Origin: a virus
Lineage: Duplodnaviria > Heunggongvirae > Uroviricota > Caudoviricetes
Virus record (IMG/VR): IMGVR_UViG_3300028591_008384
Length of the DNA: 52,368 nt
Reading direction: 5' to 3' (one strand)
The notes under the pieces: model-generated
The model's database searches: none
Told to the model about the DNA's origin: nothing
The model's input: only the letters and a program-made list of their open reading frames with translations
Translations under genes and position numbers: made by a program
Shown here: positions 1 to 9,460 of the stretch, in pieces
Layout of the letters: each line of letters begins with the position of its first letter
Position numbering within the stretch: position 1 is the stretch's first letter

Positions 1-402
1 TTATTTCATCCAGCACATTCTGTCAATAACGTCACGCCTCATACCATGCTTTTGTGCAACATAGTACCAGCGGCCACGGGTGGTAGTGCATAGCCGAAAA
101 GGTCCGATACGTTCTTCCGAATAAACAAACTTGAACATGTTGTTTCCAATCGGGTTCACTACGGCCATCTTTCCTTCGGGCACAGTTTCGAAACCGTGCT
201 CACGCAGGTCGCACATCAGTTGGTTTATTGTTTTCGGGTTGTCGGCATATCCGAACAGCAGGGCCACCCCGGCGCTCGTAAAATACTCTATGAGCAAGCA
301 TTTCGTAGGATCGACATGAACCTTGGACATCAGGCGTTCACGGATGCCCATGAGGAACTTGCACACGATTACGGTGTAGATGATTTTGGCAATAGTCTTC
401 AT
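1..402 (-). CDS. hypothetical protein, tandem paralog of 411..818
   Basis: 133 aa ORF; N-terminus MKTIAKIIYTVIVCKFLMGI nearly identical to neighbour. Confidence 0.85.
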   Translation of the reverse strand: MKTIAKIIYTVIVCKFLMGIRERLMSKVHVDPTKCLLIEYFTSAGVALLFGYADNPKTINQLMCDLREHGFETVPEGKMAVVNPIGNNMFKFVYSEERIGPFRLCTTTRGRWYYVAQKHGMRRDVIDRMCWMK

Positions 403-410
403 CGCTTACC

Positions 411-818
411 TCATGCATTGCCGTCACACATGCTGTCGATTACTTCCGCTTTCACGCCGTACTTCTTGGCAATATCGTACCAACGAGTATTGGCGGTACT
501 GTACAGCCTAATCGGGCCAATACGGACGTCAGAGTATATATACCTGAACATTCCGTTCCCGAGAGGATACACCCCGACCATTACCGCATTCCACGGATTA
601 ACCTCAAGCCCATTCTTCTGCATTTCGCGTAGAAGGTTACGCAGTTGTTGCGGTTGTCTTGCATATCCAAACAAGAGTGCTGTCTTGGCATCTTTGAAAT
701 ACTCTAAGAGCAGGCAGTACGAGGTGTCGAGTGACGGCTTACTCAACAATCGCTCATGGATGCCCATGAGGAACTTGCACACGATTATGGTATAGATGAT
801 TTTGGAAATAGTCTTCAT
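411..818 (-). CDS. hypothetical protein, tandem paralog of 1..402
   Basis: 135 aa ORF alignable over full length with 1..402; ATGA overlap with upstream gene. Confidence 0.85.
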   Translation of the reverse strand: MKTISKIIYTIIVCKFLMGIHERLLSKPSLDTSYCLLLEYFKDAKTALLFGYARQPQQLRNLLREMQKNGLEVNPWNAVMVGVYPLGNGMFRYIYSDVRIGPIRLYSTANTRWYDIAKKYGVKAEVIDSMCDGNA

Positions 819-1330
819 CGCTTAATCATGCTCCCCAGGTCCTTGATAAGTTCCATGTCATCGAATATATCCAGGTCACGCCGTCTGTCCTTGAACCACT
901 TGCTGTAATTTATAAGCCGTTCCGGATCGTCGGAGGTCTTCCACCCGTTTCCGGTGTGCGCCTCGAAGGAAACCGAACCGTTTGTAAACAGTATCCGGGC
1001 ATAAAGCTGACCGCCATGGTAGAAATCGACTTCAAGGTCGCTTGTCCTGACTTCTTCCCATAACTGGCAGATATATTCCATCGTCTCGACATTTTTCAGC
1101 AGGGCGTTGAATTCCTTCTCCGCGCCGGGGAACGCCTGTATCTTGGTAAGTTCCGGGTCACCCTTGAAACGGTAGAGCTTGGTGAACACCACGCCGGCGG
1201 GGCCGCAGAACAGTTCACCTAGCGGCACGTCCTTCCACCGGAGTTCAATGCAGGAACTGTCGCTGTCATCAACGGTGTTGCTGGTGTACGCAGCCTTCCA
1301 CTTGTCACAATATGTCTTCTTATAATCCAT
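815..1330 (-). CDS. hypothetical protein
   Basis: 171 aa ORF, operon packing. Confidence 0.8.
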   Translation of the reverse strand: MDYKKTYCDKWKAAYTSNTVDDSDSSCIELRWKDVPLGELFCGPAGVVFTKLYRFKGDPELTKIQAFPGAEKEFNALLKNVETMEYICQLWEEVRTSDLEVDFYHGGQLYARILFTNGSVSFEAHTGNGWKTSDDPERLINYSKWFKDRRRDLDIFDDMELIKDLGSMIKR

Positions 1331-1586
1331 TTGGTGCAGTATCCACTATCTTCTTGATGTTCGGGTGGGATGCCAATGTAAGTAGTTGAGCACCAAGGTC
1401 TTGCAGGACATTGGATGCTTCCTTGGCGAAATACTTTTCGATTGCATCGTCACAGTTGTCATGAACAATTTCACATCTTGCCAGCGATGAAATTACCTCC
1501 TCTATTGCCAGCGGGCACTTAATCGGCATCGTTTCCTTCAACTGTCGAAGCTGCTCGGAGGGTTTCATCGGCTTTTCGTTACTCAT
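1320..1586 (-). CDS. hypothetical protein
   Basis: 88 aa ORF, operon packing. Confidence 0.75.
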   Translation of the reverse strand: MSNEKPMKPSEQLRQLKETMPIKCPLAIEEVISSLARCEIVHDNCDDAIEKYFAKEASNVLQDLGAQLLTLASHPNIKKIVDTAPNGL

Positions 1587-1589
1587 ATA

Positions 1590-1874
1590 TCACCTGTCGT
1601 TGTCGTACCACGCATAATACCGGTTGGTTCCGGGTTCCATTGCAAAAGAGTTATACTTTCCGTAGAGGGATTCCATCAGTTCCCAGTTGTCCCCGGCGAT
1701 AGGGTCTATCGCGTCGATGAAACTATCCCTCGGTACCGGAATGAGCTGTCTGGTCATATCCAGATTCTTGTCCTTCGGCGAAAGGTAGTGCACGGTATCG
1801 TCCACCATGAGGAAGTCATGGTTTGAATGGATGCCGTCATTCATCTGGTAGATTATGTTGGCTAATGTAAGCAT
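1590..1874 (-). CDS. hypothetical protein
   Basis: 94 aa ORF, operon packing. Confidence 0.75.
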   Translation of the reverse strand: MLTLANIIYQMNDGIHSNHDFLMVDDTVHYLSPKDKNLDMTRQLIPVPRDSFIDAIDPIAGDNWELMESLYGKYNSFAMEPGTNRYYAWYDNDR

Positions 1875-1876
1875 AA

Positions 1877-2218
1877 TCAGATCGGGTTAATCTTGTCCAC
1901 CCGGCAGGAGAACGCGATGTTCTCGCCGGTGCAGGTTACAGATGTCTGCGATGTCCAGTTTACCTTGATTTCGGTATCGTTCGGCAGTTCGCCGATTGCC
2001 GACTTCATGAACGCGATGGCGTCCTTCTTCCTGCAGTAGAACTGCTGCCCGTGGACGGTCCTGTAAACCCCGTCCTTGATAAAGGAAGTATCGCTTGAAA
2101 CCATGTAGAAACACTTGCCGTGCTTGACTTCCAGGAGGGCCCTGGATAGCTTGTCCACCTCGTTCTGCAACCGGGCATTGGCGGCAACGAGGCTCTTGTT
2201 CGGGTTATCTCTTGTCAT
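1877..2218 (-). CDS. hypothetical protein (probable leaderless mRNA)
   Basis: 113 aa ORF; ATG 6 nt after -10 TATATT. Confidence 0.8.
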   Translation of the reverse strand: MTRDNPNKSLVAANARLQNEVDKLSRALLEVKHGKCFYMVSSDTSFIKDGVYRTVHGQQFYCRKKDAIAFMKSAIGELPNDTEIKVNWTSQTSVTCTGENIAFSCRVDKINPI

Positions 2219-2224
2219 AACCTG

Positions 2225-2253
2225 AATATAGCAAAAACGTATTACAATGGCAA
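2225..2253 (-). promoter_or_regulatory. sigma70-like early promoter
   Basis: TTGCCA-N17-TATATT with extended TG. Confidence 0.85.
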
Positions 2254-2264
2254 TATGGAAAACT

Positions 2265-2272
2265 TATAAGCT
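2265..2272 (+). promoter_or_regulatory. putative late promoter (variant TATAAGCT)
   Basis: resembles TATAAACT found upstream of the plus-strand genes at 27452 and 38173. Confidence 0.5.
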
Positions 2273-2297
2273 GTAGGTATTCGCGAATAACATTAAA

Positions 2298-3143
2298 ATG
2301 GAGAACTCCATGAACACAGCTAACTATAATCGTTTCATTGGCTTCATGGCCAAGCTGGAAAGCGCGGCCACGACTGACAAGGAACGGGACGTAATCAACT
2401 CTGCACGCGGCATGTTCGCCAAGTGCGCCCAGTTCGAAGGCACCGCGGCTACGATGGATGTCAACATGGCAGCCAAGTCCAGGTCCCCCGAATTCGGCAT
2501 GATGTCACACAATGGCCCAAAGGCCAAGCCGATGACACAGGCTGAAAAGGATGCCTTCAATGCCGATGTGGATGCCCGTAACAAGCAGTGGAAGAAGCAG
2601 CTCGGTAGCATGAAGCGCCGTGTCAAGACTGCCGAAAACACCCTCGAACAGTATGCCGAAATTGCTCCGGGTGAACTGGATGCCTGGGTGGAGAATACTC
2701 TCCGCCCGACCATCGAGGAATACCTTGACACCGAGGAAGGCGGTCTCGTCTGGGCCGACGAAAACAAGAAGACCGTCAAGAAGGAACGCGGTGCCGGCGG
2801 TTTCGTTACTCCGGCCATGAAGCGTGCCAAGTACGAAGACGACAAGAAGGCCTACATCGAACAGCTCAAGGCCAAGAAGGCCAAGGAAGAGGAAGCCAAG
2901 AAGGCCAAGGAAGCCGAAGCCAAGGGCGACGAAGCCAAGGAAGCTCCGAAGGCTGAACAGAAGGCTGAACCCGAAAAGAAGAAGGGCCTCTTCAGCCGCA
3001 TGAAGGCCAAGCTGTTCGGCGAATCCGTCGATACGTCCGACCTCCGTGCCTGCTTCGAAAGCGTGTTCGGCAACTCCGAACATCTTTCCGATGAAGCAAT
3101 CCGCGCCATCTGCTACAACGCAGTTGACCGTAAGTTCCGCTAA
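2298..3143 (+). CDS. K/E/A-rich protein, possible internal virion protein
   Basis: 281 aa ORF, strong codon bias, late-type motif upstream, LES/FEG/FES motifs. Confidence 0.8.
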   Translation: MENSMNTANYNRFIGFMAKLESAATTDKERDVINSARGMFAKCAQFEGTAATMDVNMAAKSRSPEFGMMSHNGPKAKPMTQAEKDAFNADVDARNKQWKKQLGSMKRRVKTAENTLEQYAEIAPGELDAWVENTLRPTIEEYLDTEEGGLVWADENKKTVKKERGAGGFVTPAMKRAKYEDDKKAYIEQLKAKKAKEEEAKKAKEAEAKGDEAKEAPKAEQKAEPEKKKGLFSRMKAKLFGESVDTSDLRACFESVFGNSEHLSDEAIRAICYNAVDRKFR

Positions 3144-3163
3144 TCGGAAAAGTAATTAGCCAG

Positions 3164-3190
3164 AAAGCACCGGCATGAGCCGGTGCTTTT
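3164..3190. terminator. bidirectional intrinsic terminator
   Basis: AAAGCACCGGC-ATGA-GCCGGTGCTTTT between convergent genes. Confidence 0.85.
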
Positions 3191-3197
3191 CGTATTA

Positions 3198-4436
3198 TCA
3201 AATATCCTTCTCCGGTTTCGCCATTCCTTCGATATGCTTGTATGCATACATGCAGACATTGGACAATCGAACATTAGACACATCCAACTTATGGATGACC
3301 TTGGAAGGATGCTGCATTTCGCAGGTATCCGGATCAAACGCCATATCCTTGTCATACGGGTCGCGCCAGGTGATTGCCATCAGGTCGGCATCGAACTTGA
3401 TATCCCTTACCGTCTTGGGGGCGCACTTCTGCAGCTCCTTGGTAATCCGTTCAACGATAAAATCGACATGGGAGCGAGCATGGTGGAACGAATCAGCACA
3501 GTGGCGATAGTTATTTTCAGATAATCTTTCATAGGCGCACATTACTTCCTTTACGCTAAACATCTGTGGATTAAGCGCAATGAGGTTGCTTGCCCAGTCA
3601 GCATCGGTCACAGTGATGTCGATTTTTTCTTCCTTCTTGATCCATGCCACCTCAGCCGAGAACGGCGAATCGTCCCTTCTGAACAATTCAGTACCAATCT
3701 TGACTAAGTCATACTTGTCGTATGAAGTATCGCCGAAGAAGTCAAACGGGGATTTTTTACCATCATTATCATCCGGGGCTTCACCAATTACGATATCTGG
3801 CGCAAGCGGCACAGCTAGACACTTGCTTTCCCAGAACTCATGGTAATGCCCCATTGGAGTGCCGGTATAATGGGCTTCAGTCATGACGAATCTCAGGTGA
3901 TACCGATATTTGTATTCACGACATACGCTCATCAAGAAATGGTCATTCGTATCAAGCCGTTCAACAGTATAGAAGATTGTACTATCACCAAACTTAATCT
4001 TCTTCCCATCCCCGCTCAACTTGATGAACTTACTCCCAGTCCACTCATGGATGATATTGTACACTCGGGTAGCGATGGGGAAAGCAGTGAGGATCAGCTG
4101 CAATTCGCGAATTGCTGTCAAGATTTCAATTCGCTTGGCATAGGATGCGCTGCTCTTGAAACTTGCCAGTATGCTGCGCAGTTTCTTAACACGGTCCGGG
4201 TCATAGGTCGCCGGGGCCTTCATTTTCATCAGCACATCGTCGATGTACTTCTGCACGACCGCCTTTCGCGCATTGTACTGGGCCATTTTGGCCTTATGCA
4301 GTGCCTTCTCAGCCTGGTCACATTCCTTCTGGAGAATAGCAAGGGTTTTCTTCTTGCCATTCAAGTTGAACTCGGCTGCGTCGATATCACCCTGCAACTT
4401 AGCAGCGGCCTTCTCAATGTCTGCGGTAATACTCAT
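3198..4436 (-). CDS. hypothetical protein with N-terminal coiled coil; distant paralog of 30182..31576
   Basis: 412 aa ORF; shared KYIDD/YDPDRV/RIEI/FPI pattern. Confidence 0.85.
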   Translation of the reverse strand: MSITADIEKAAAKLQGDIDAAEFNLNGKKKTLAILQKECDQAEKALHKAKMAQYNARKAVVQKYIDDVLMKMKAPATYDPDRVKKLRSILASFKSSASYAKRIEILTAIRELQLILTAFPIATRVYNIIHEWTGSKFIKLSGDGKKIKFGDSTIFYTVERLDTNDHFLMSVCREYKYRYHLRFVMTEAHYTGTPMGHYHEFWESKCLAVPLAPDIVIGEAPDDNDGKKSPFDFFGDTSYDKYDLVKIGTELFRRDDSPFSAEVAWIKKEEKIDITVTDADWASNLIALNPQMFSVKEVMCAYERLSENNYRHCADSFHHARSHVDFIVERITKELQKCAPKTVRDIKFDADLMAITWRDPYDKDMAFDPDTCEMQHPSKVIHKLDVSNVRLSNVCMYAYKHIEGMAKPEKDI

Positions 4437-4451
4437 TCATTGTCCTCTTGA

Positions 4452-4949
4452 TTATACGGGCTTGTAGTTAAGAACGTCCGTGTCTCCTAGCCAATCGACG
4501 TTTTGAGTAATCTTCATCGCCCTCACATAATCGCGCCGAATCTGTTTGAACTTTCGCTCCAAGGTGGCCATCTCTTCCTTGTAGAAACGTTCAGCAAAGC
4601 GGATTTCCTTCTCGGGGAGCTCATCATACACGGTGACTTCGTAATTGCCGGACCAGTCGATGATATAATTCTTCCACTCATTTATGCCAGGCCACGTACC
4701 AGGGCCGATAATGGACAGCATTCCCCTGGACTTGATTTTCATGGAGGCACGATAGGTGTTTGAGTCATGGTCGATTATACACTTGCCGGGACGGATGTAG
4801 AACACATTGTCACCGCCTGAACAATCGAGTTCCACGATTTTGATGATGCAGCCATTGTTTTCCGAAATTATCTTGGAAAGCAATCTCAACTTCTCGACAC
4901 GCTCGGTCGAGTCGTAGGCTAAATTCATTTTTGCAAGCAGTTTTGACAT
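4452..4949 (-). CDS. hypothetical protein
   Basis: 165 aa ORF, GGAG RBS. Confidence 0.8.
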   Translation of the reverse strand: MSKLLAKMNLAYDSTERVEKLRLLSKIISENNGCIIKIVELDCSGGDNVFYIRPGKCIIDHDSNTYRASMKIKSRGMLSIIGPGTWPGINEWKNYIIDWSGNYEVTVYDELPEKEIRFAERFYKEEMATLERKFKQIRRDYVRAMKITQNVDWLGDTDVLNYKPV

Positions 4950-4957
4950 TCTTACTC

Positions 4958-5944
4958 CTACAATTTGATGTCCGGCTGCCAGGTGAAGATTTCATCACCT
5001 GGCTTCACGAAACGTGTATCCTCGCATGCCACGAGACTTCCCTCACACGGTGCCTTGAACACGGCATCATCCGGGTTGTCGCTATCCGTTACCATGGTGG
5101 CGAACACCTCGCCTTCCTTCATCTTGACATGGTGGGAGAACTTCACCTCGTCGATAAGGCCATATGCACGGGCATAGATGGGCATTGCAAGCATGTGGGG
5201 AGGGAGCACGGGGCCCTTTTCAAACTTGGGCATGAAATCATCGACCATGTTCACCAAGGTCTTGAGGAACGCCGTCTGGTCAATCATGACTGATGCATCC
5301 GTCCTGCTGACCGTCATCCCGCCAAGTTCAACCGTGAACCCGGTCTTGCCGTGGTCGATGGCGTACTTCTTGATGGTACTGGTCTGGGATTCCCATACCA
5401 TGTAGTTAGGCATGTGGATTTCGTTCAGGAACTTGATCGTGGACGCTGTGTACTCGTCGTTGTTGAGGAGCACGATGTTGTCACATGCCGGGGAATTGTG
5501 AACGTCAATAACCACATCGGCAGAGGTGATGGCATTCTCGATAAGGAGACGAAGGTCGAATGGTTCTTCCTTATCCGTTCCGGTAGCATAGTCAAGTGTG
5601 AAGACACGGTTGAAGTCCACCGGCTTGTCCTTCGGAATAGGATCCGGATGCACATCGGTACGGCTTGCCCATTCGCGCCTGTTCTTCAACAGCCCCCACT
5701 TGTTCACACCTAGAATGAAGCGGATGTCGTGCTTGTTGCGGCACTTGGGATCATGTTCCTGCTTCAACTCCCGGTAAATACGGTACGCGGCAAGAACGGC
5801 ATTATGCTCGTTGCCGTGAACGCCAGCAACGATGAGAATCTTGCGCGGATCACCGTCCGTTTTACCATCGGGCGTATCAGTTCTATGCGGGGTCAATGTT
5901 CCGGGAACGGTCACATCCTTGAAAAACGGATTACTTTTCGACAT
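4958..5944 (-). CDS. succinylglutamate desuccinylase/aspartoacylase (M14-like Zn hydrolase) with C-terminal biotinyl/lipoyl-like domain
   Basis: IVAGVHGNE, DFNRVF and VIDVH motifs; KAPCEG..VKPGDEIF tail; start refined to MSKSNPF (GGAGG RBS). Confidence 0.85.
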   Translation of the reverse strand: MSKSNPFFKDVTVPGTLTPHRTDTPDGKTDGDPRKILIVAGVHGNEHNAVLAAYRIYRELKQEHDPKCRNKHDIRFILGVNKWGLLKNRREWASRTDVHPDPIPKDKPVDFNRVFTLDYATGTDKEEPFDLRLLIENAITSADVVIDVHNSPACDNIVLLNNDEYTASTIKFLNEIHMPNYMVWESQTSTIKKYAIDHGKTGFTVELGGMTVSRTDASVMIDQTAFLKTLVNMVDDFMPKFEKGPVLPPHMLAMPIYARAYGLIDEVKFSHHVKMKEGEVFATMVTDSDNPDDAVFKAPCEGSLVACEDTRFVKPGDEIFTWQPDIKL

Positions 5945-6554
5945 TTTCGGCCTCCAATTCGGGGTCAAAGGTGTTCTCGACCATCATGGCGAGGTCCAGT
6001 TCCTCGTTGAACTGTTCAAGCTGGCTCATGGAAGCGTGCTTCAGGTCGAAGCTGACAAATACGGGGATGCTGTCCTCGCTCAGGTTGGCGAGGAGGTTCA
6101 GAAGGCGCTTGCGGCGCCAACGGGGCATATCCGTGATGGGATATTCCTTGGTGCGGTCCAGGAAGGAACCTGGGCAGTAGTCGATTGCCTTGGAAATCTT
6201 CTCTCCCAAGGACTTGCGGAACTCCGTCACCTTGTCCTTGGTGCCAACCAGGGGCGCCTTTCGGATGGTCGGTTCCACGCCTTCGAGGGCGAATTCGGCC
6301 ACGGCATGGTCAACGCTGTTGAAATTGATTTCGTCATGGAGCAGGAACAGCCATTCCGTCACCGTATTGCCTTCGGCATCGGTATAGACGACGGTGCCAC
6401 GGCGCACATTGCGCTCGTTGCCGACCACCTGGTCCATCGGAACTTCCACCCCGCCGATTTCGAAAGTCACCTTGAAGAACTTCGCGGGGAGCTTCTTGTT
6501 GATGTATTCACGGATGTAGTCCGGGAGCCATTGTTTCTTGAAAATGTTAAGCAT
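5931..6554 (-). CDS. hypothetical protein
   Basis: start refined to MLNIFKK (AAGGAGG RBS, promoter at 6583). Confidence 0.8.
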   Translation of the reverse strand: MLNIFKKQWLPDYIREYINKKLPAKFFKVTFEIGGVEVPMDQVVGNERNVRRGTVVYTDAEGNTVTEWLFLLHDEINFNSVDHAVAEFALEGVEPTIRKAPLVGTKDKVTEFRKSLGEKISKAIDYCPGSFLDRTKEYPITDMPRWRRKRLLNLLANLSEDSIPVFVSFDLKHASMSQLEQFNEELDLAMMVENTFDPELEAENVEK

Positions 6555-6582
6555 AAGCGTGTCCTCCTTTGCTTGTACCACA

Positions 6583-6611
6583 AATGTAGCAAATGGGATA
6601 TCCAGTGGCAA
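6583..6611 (-). promoter_or_regulatory. sigma70-like early promoter
   Basis: TTGCCA-N17-TACATT. Confidence 0.85.
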
Positions 6612-6658
6612 CCAATGCCCAAAATGGCCCAAATTTGGGCATTTAAGGGAAAAATAAC

Positions 6659-6686
6659 AAAAAGGACCCATTCCTGGGTCCTTTTT
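6659..6686. terminator. intrinsic terminator
   Basis: AAAAAGGACCCA-TTCC-TGGGTCCTTTTT. Confidence 0.85.
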
Positions 6687-6748
6687 GGCGCGTGAGCTCG
6701 TGACTCTCGCATGCGCCCCACGCTGCTTAGGGCAGCGAATCCTACATC

Positions 6749-7036
6749 TTAACGGGCTGATTCGCAGGATGCTTCACATTCGGCTGTTTCGACACAGTCG
6801 GTAGGTTCATTACGACGTGCCCATGCACCGCTTGCCATGCCATTCCGAGCTTCGTTCAGGCACTTGGAGCCGCGATCGGCATTTTCAGCAGAACCGAAGA
6901 TGGCCTTCACCTTGGCATTGCCACCGAACTTCTTGCGGAGGATGCTGACACCCTTGGAAAGGGCGATAAAGGCGGCTGCGGAACCGATGACGATGGCTGC
7001 AGACTTTACAGTTTCATTAGAGAATGGATTTTTCAT
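6749..7036 (-). CDS. small protein with one hydrophobic segment
   Basis: start MKNPF downstream of promoter 7068; AAIVIGSAAAFIAL segment. Confidence 0.7.
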   Translation of the reverse strand: MKNPFSNETVKSAAIVIGSAAAFIALSKGVSILRKKFGGNAKVKAIFGSAENADRGSKCLNEARNGMASGAWARRNEPTDCVETAECEASCESAR

Positions 7037-7067
7037 TTCTTCCTCGTTGTTGGGTTTGTTTGACAAT

Positions 7068-7096
7068 AATGTAGCAAATCATTTGCTAGTTGGCAA
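7068..7096 (-). promoter_or_regulatory. sigma70-like early promoter overlapping the end of the AAA gene
   Basis: TTGCCA-N17-TACATT. Confidence 0.8.
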
Positions 7097-8300
7097 CAGG
7101 TTTGCCGGAATTTCTACGATTTTCCTGCAGGAGTGTAATAGTGTCCTGGCAACCGGCGCACATGATGTCGGCCCATGTGACCGCATCCTCGCCGGCCTTC
7201 AACTTTGCCGGCTTGATGTGGTTGAAGTACATCTGGGACACGAGTTCCGGGGTGCACGATTTGAGGAACTTGTAGAAGTTCACGGAATAAATCAGGCCCT
7301 TGGTTGTCACCTTCTGCGTGGTCTCGTTGTAGAGGAGGCCGGCATTCTTGGCGACATACTTGGCGACCGCGCTCACCAGCTGAGCTGCCTCTATCGTGTT
7401 CTCATGGCACAGGCGGGCAATCTTCTCGGGAAGTTCAGACCTCCACCTTTCCGTACTCCCTTCCATGATGTCGGTCGCAGTAATAGTGTCATCGAGCATC
7501 TTGGAATCGGTCTTGTGCATCATGCTATAATAGGTCTCGCAGAAGCTCTGGGAATACACCGGGCCCACATATCCGTTGACCAGGAGTTCCAGGAGAATCT
7601 TGCCGTCCTTGCGCTTGAACGGATCGAACTTGTTCAGCTTCTCGCCGTTGTAGAGGGCTTCGGACAGGGTGGACCATCCACTGCGGGTAGCATCCATGTT
7701 GGTGTAGTACCTTCTCTCCCTGCGGACAGCCGGATCCTCGTCCGGGTCCAGGGCCTCCCTGTGGTCGTTGATGTATTTGAGGATAGCCGGATGGCAGTTC
7801 TCCTCCTTGGCGAACAGGAGCCACTCATCTACGGTAGGTGCAAGCTCGATAACGCAGAACCTTCTCATGTGGGAAAGTTCCAGTTCCTTGACCATGTACT
7901 GGTTGGCTGAGGATGGGTTCATGGCCGCGAACACGCGGGAACCCGGTGCAAGCTGGGCGCTACCGATATGCTGGTCCACGGCCAGTTCCATGAGGGCGTT
8001 GATGATGTACTCGTTGCGGTTAATTTCATCGAGCAACAAGTCCGTCACCACACCGGGCTTGTACCATTCCATCGGCTTGTAGACGGTATGGTCGCCCGAG
8101 ACATCGGGAATACCGGTCAGGTTCACCGTCTCGGCGGTGGACATACAGGGACAGTAGGCGAAATACCTTCCCTTCTGTTCGGACTGCTTCTTGACAATAG
8201 TCGTCTTGCCGATACCCGTATCGCCGATAAGCAATATCGGCTTCCAGGTCGGGATGATGTCAATCAGCTCGTAAAATTGTGCAACGGTACAGCGGCGCAT
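7086..8300 (-). CDS. MoxR-like AAA+ ATPase
   Basis: Walker A GDTGIGKT, Walker B LLLDEINR, FAAMNP sensor, RRF arginine finger. Confidence 0.9.
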   Translation of the reverse strand: MRRCTVAQFYELIDIIPTWKPILLIGDTGIGKTTIVKKQSEQKGRYFAYCPCMSTAETVNLTGIPDVSGDHTVYKPMEWYKPGVVTDLLLDEINRNEYIINALMELAVDQHIGSAQLAPGSRVFAAMNPSSANQYMVKELELSHMRRFCVIELAPTVDEWLLFAKEENCHPAILKYINDHREALDPDEDPAVRRERRYYTNMDATRSGWSTLSEALYNGEKLNKFDPFKRKDGKILLELLVNGYVGPVYSQSFCETYYSMMHKTDSKMLDDTITATDIMEGSTERWRSELPEKIARLCHENTIEAAQLVSAVAKYVAKNAGLLYNETTQKVTTKGLIYSVNFYKFLKSCTPELVSQMYFNHIKPAKLKAGEDAVTWADIMCAGCQDTITLLQENRRNSGKPVAN

Positions 8301-8581
8301 TATTTATCGATCCTTTCCTTCAATTCATCGCAGAACTTCAAGGTAGGAACCTTGCGGCCTTCGAGCTGGAACTGTTCACCTGTCCTCGGGTTGCGCACCG
8401 GGCGTTCCTTGCGGCTCTTGACGGCAAAGCGACCGAAACCGCGGATTTCGATGGTGTTCCCCTTTTCAAGGTGATGCGTGATGAAGTCGAGGAAGCACTC
8501 CACGACCTTCTTTGTATCTTTCTGACTGACGCCCGTAGTCACCGAGACATCGGTGACCAGGCTGTGTTTCGTAACGTTCAT
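8300..8581 (-). CDS. hup: HU/IHF family DNA-binding protein
   Basis: IEIRGFGRF and RNPRTGE signature motifs, 93 aa. Confidence 0.95.
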   Translation of the reverse strand: MNVTKHSLVTDVSVTTGVSQKDTKKVVECFLDFITHHLEKGNTIEIRGFGRFAVKSRKERPVRNPRTGEQFQLEGRKVPTLKFCDELKERIDK

Positions 8582-8587
8582 GTGATA

Positions 8588-8596
8588 AATATAGCA
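8588..8596 (-). promoter_or_regulatory. extended -10 promoter, leaderless start for HU
   Basis: TGCTATATT 6 nt before ATG; no clear -35. Confidence 0.6.
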
Positions 8597-8597
8597 A

Positions 8598-8915
8598 TTA
8601 TTTCTGAGTTTTGTTGGGTTCTCTGTACTTTCGGTACAATTTTATGAGCCAGATGCAGCAAAATAGTGCAAATCCGTAGTTCCCGTATAGCGGGTATTGC
8701 CATACCCCGCTAATCAGGTTGCTGTCCAGGACGAACAGCGCACAGCAGATGTTGGCTGCCGTGGAGAGAGCTATCCATCCGAGGGACACCCCGTGGACGG
8801 ATTCAGTTCTCTTGATTTTCAGGATCGCGGGCACGTTGCACACGGCGAACATGAAGGAACCGGCATAGCCAAGGATAACACAGAAGATGTGGAGAATAAG
8901 ACGTTCGGTAGTCAT
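8598..8915 (-). CDS. PQ-loop/SemiSWEET-like 3-TM membrane protein
   Basis: 105 aa, three hydrophobic helices, NVPAILKIKRTESVHGVS matches the PQ-loop pattern with PA for PQ. Confidence 0.65.
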   Translation of the reverse strand: MTTERLILHIFCVILGYAGSFMFAVCNVPAILKIKRTESVHGVSLGWIALSTAANICCALFVLDSNLISGVWQYPLYGNYGFALFCCIWLIKLYRKYREPNKTQK

Positions 8916-8941
8916 TCAGCCTCAGCTTATATGCGGACCGT

Positions 8942-9439
8942 TCATTTCACTTTGATTATGCTTTTTCCCTTGCTGAGATATGCGCAATAGAAATAGATGC
9001 ACCTGGCGATCGATTCGGCACATTGCCGATGGTCGTTTAAGATTCTGCCGATCAAATACACGTATGCCTGTATAGCGCAATTTAACGGATTATTCTCGAA
9101 ATATGCGGGGAATTTTCCCTCATTAAATGCTTTGGTGTCTTCCTCGGATGGCATAAGTTCCGAAATGAACGGATATTCAAGCTCGAAGTTTTGAACATTC
9201 ACCCGGAAAACTACGTGTGGAACACCGTTCGTATCTTTATACGAATACTCAAACGCATAGCCGGTTTGCTTTTCGTCACATCCTACTTTTTGAAGCACAT
9301 CGACGATTGGTTTAACGCTTTCATCGAATGCCTCGCCGTATCGGTCATTCCAATTATCGAACCAGTCCTTATGTCCAGATTTCCGTTCATCTTGAACGGT
9401 TTTCACGGTGTCATAGATCTTGTATTGTTTGGGTTTCAT
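8942..9439 (-). CDS. hypothetical protein
   Basis: 165 aa ORF. Confidence 0.75.
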   Translation of the reverse strand: MKPKQYKIYDTVKTVQDERKSGHKDWFDNWNDRYGEAFDESVKPIVDVLQKVGCDEKQTGYAFEYSYKDTNGVPHVVFRVNVQNFELEYPFISELMPSEEDTKAFNEGKFPAYFENNPLNCAIQAYVYLIGRILNDHRQCAESIARCIYFYCAYLSKGKSIIKVK

Positions 9440-9460
9440 GTTAGGTTCCTATTTTAACGG

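Noticed and set aside
3164-3190. Shared GCACCGGC stem with the terminator at 51709 as a mobile repeat
   Set aside because: Only the 8-bp stem is shared and the loops and flanks differ; a common terminator ancestry is sufficient.
6837-7910. Long antisense ORFs (also 24498..25355, 33973..34866, 40325..41179, 44744..45496)
   Set aside because: These are shadow frames opposite well-supported genes, expected from strong third-position GC bias.
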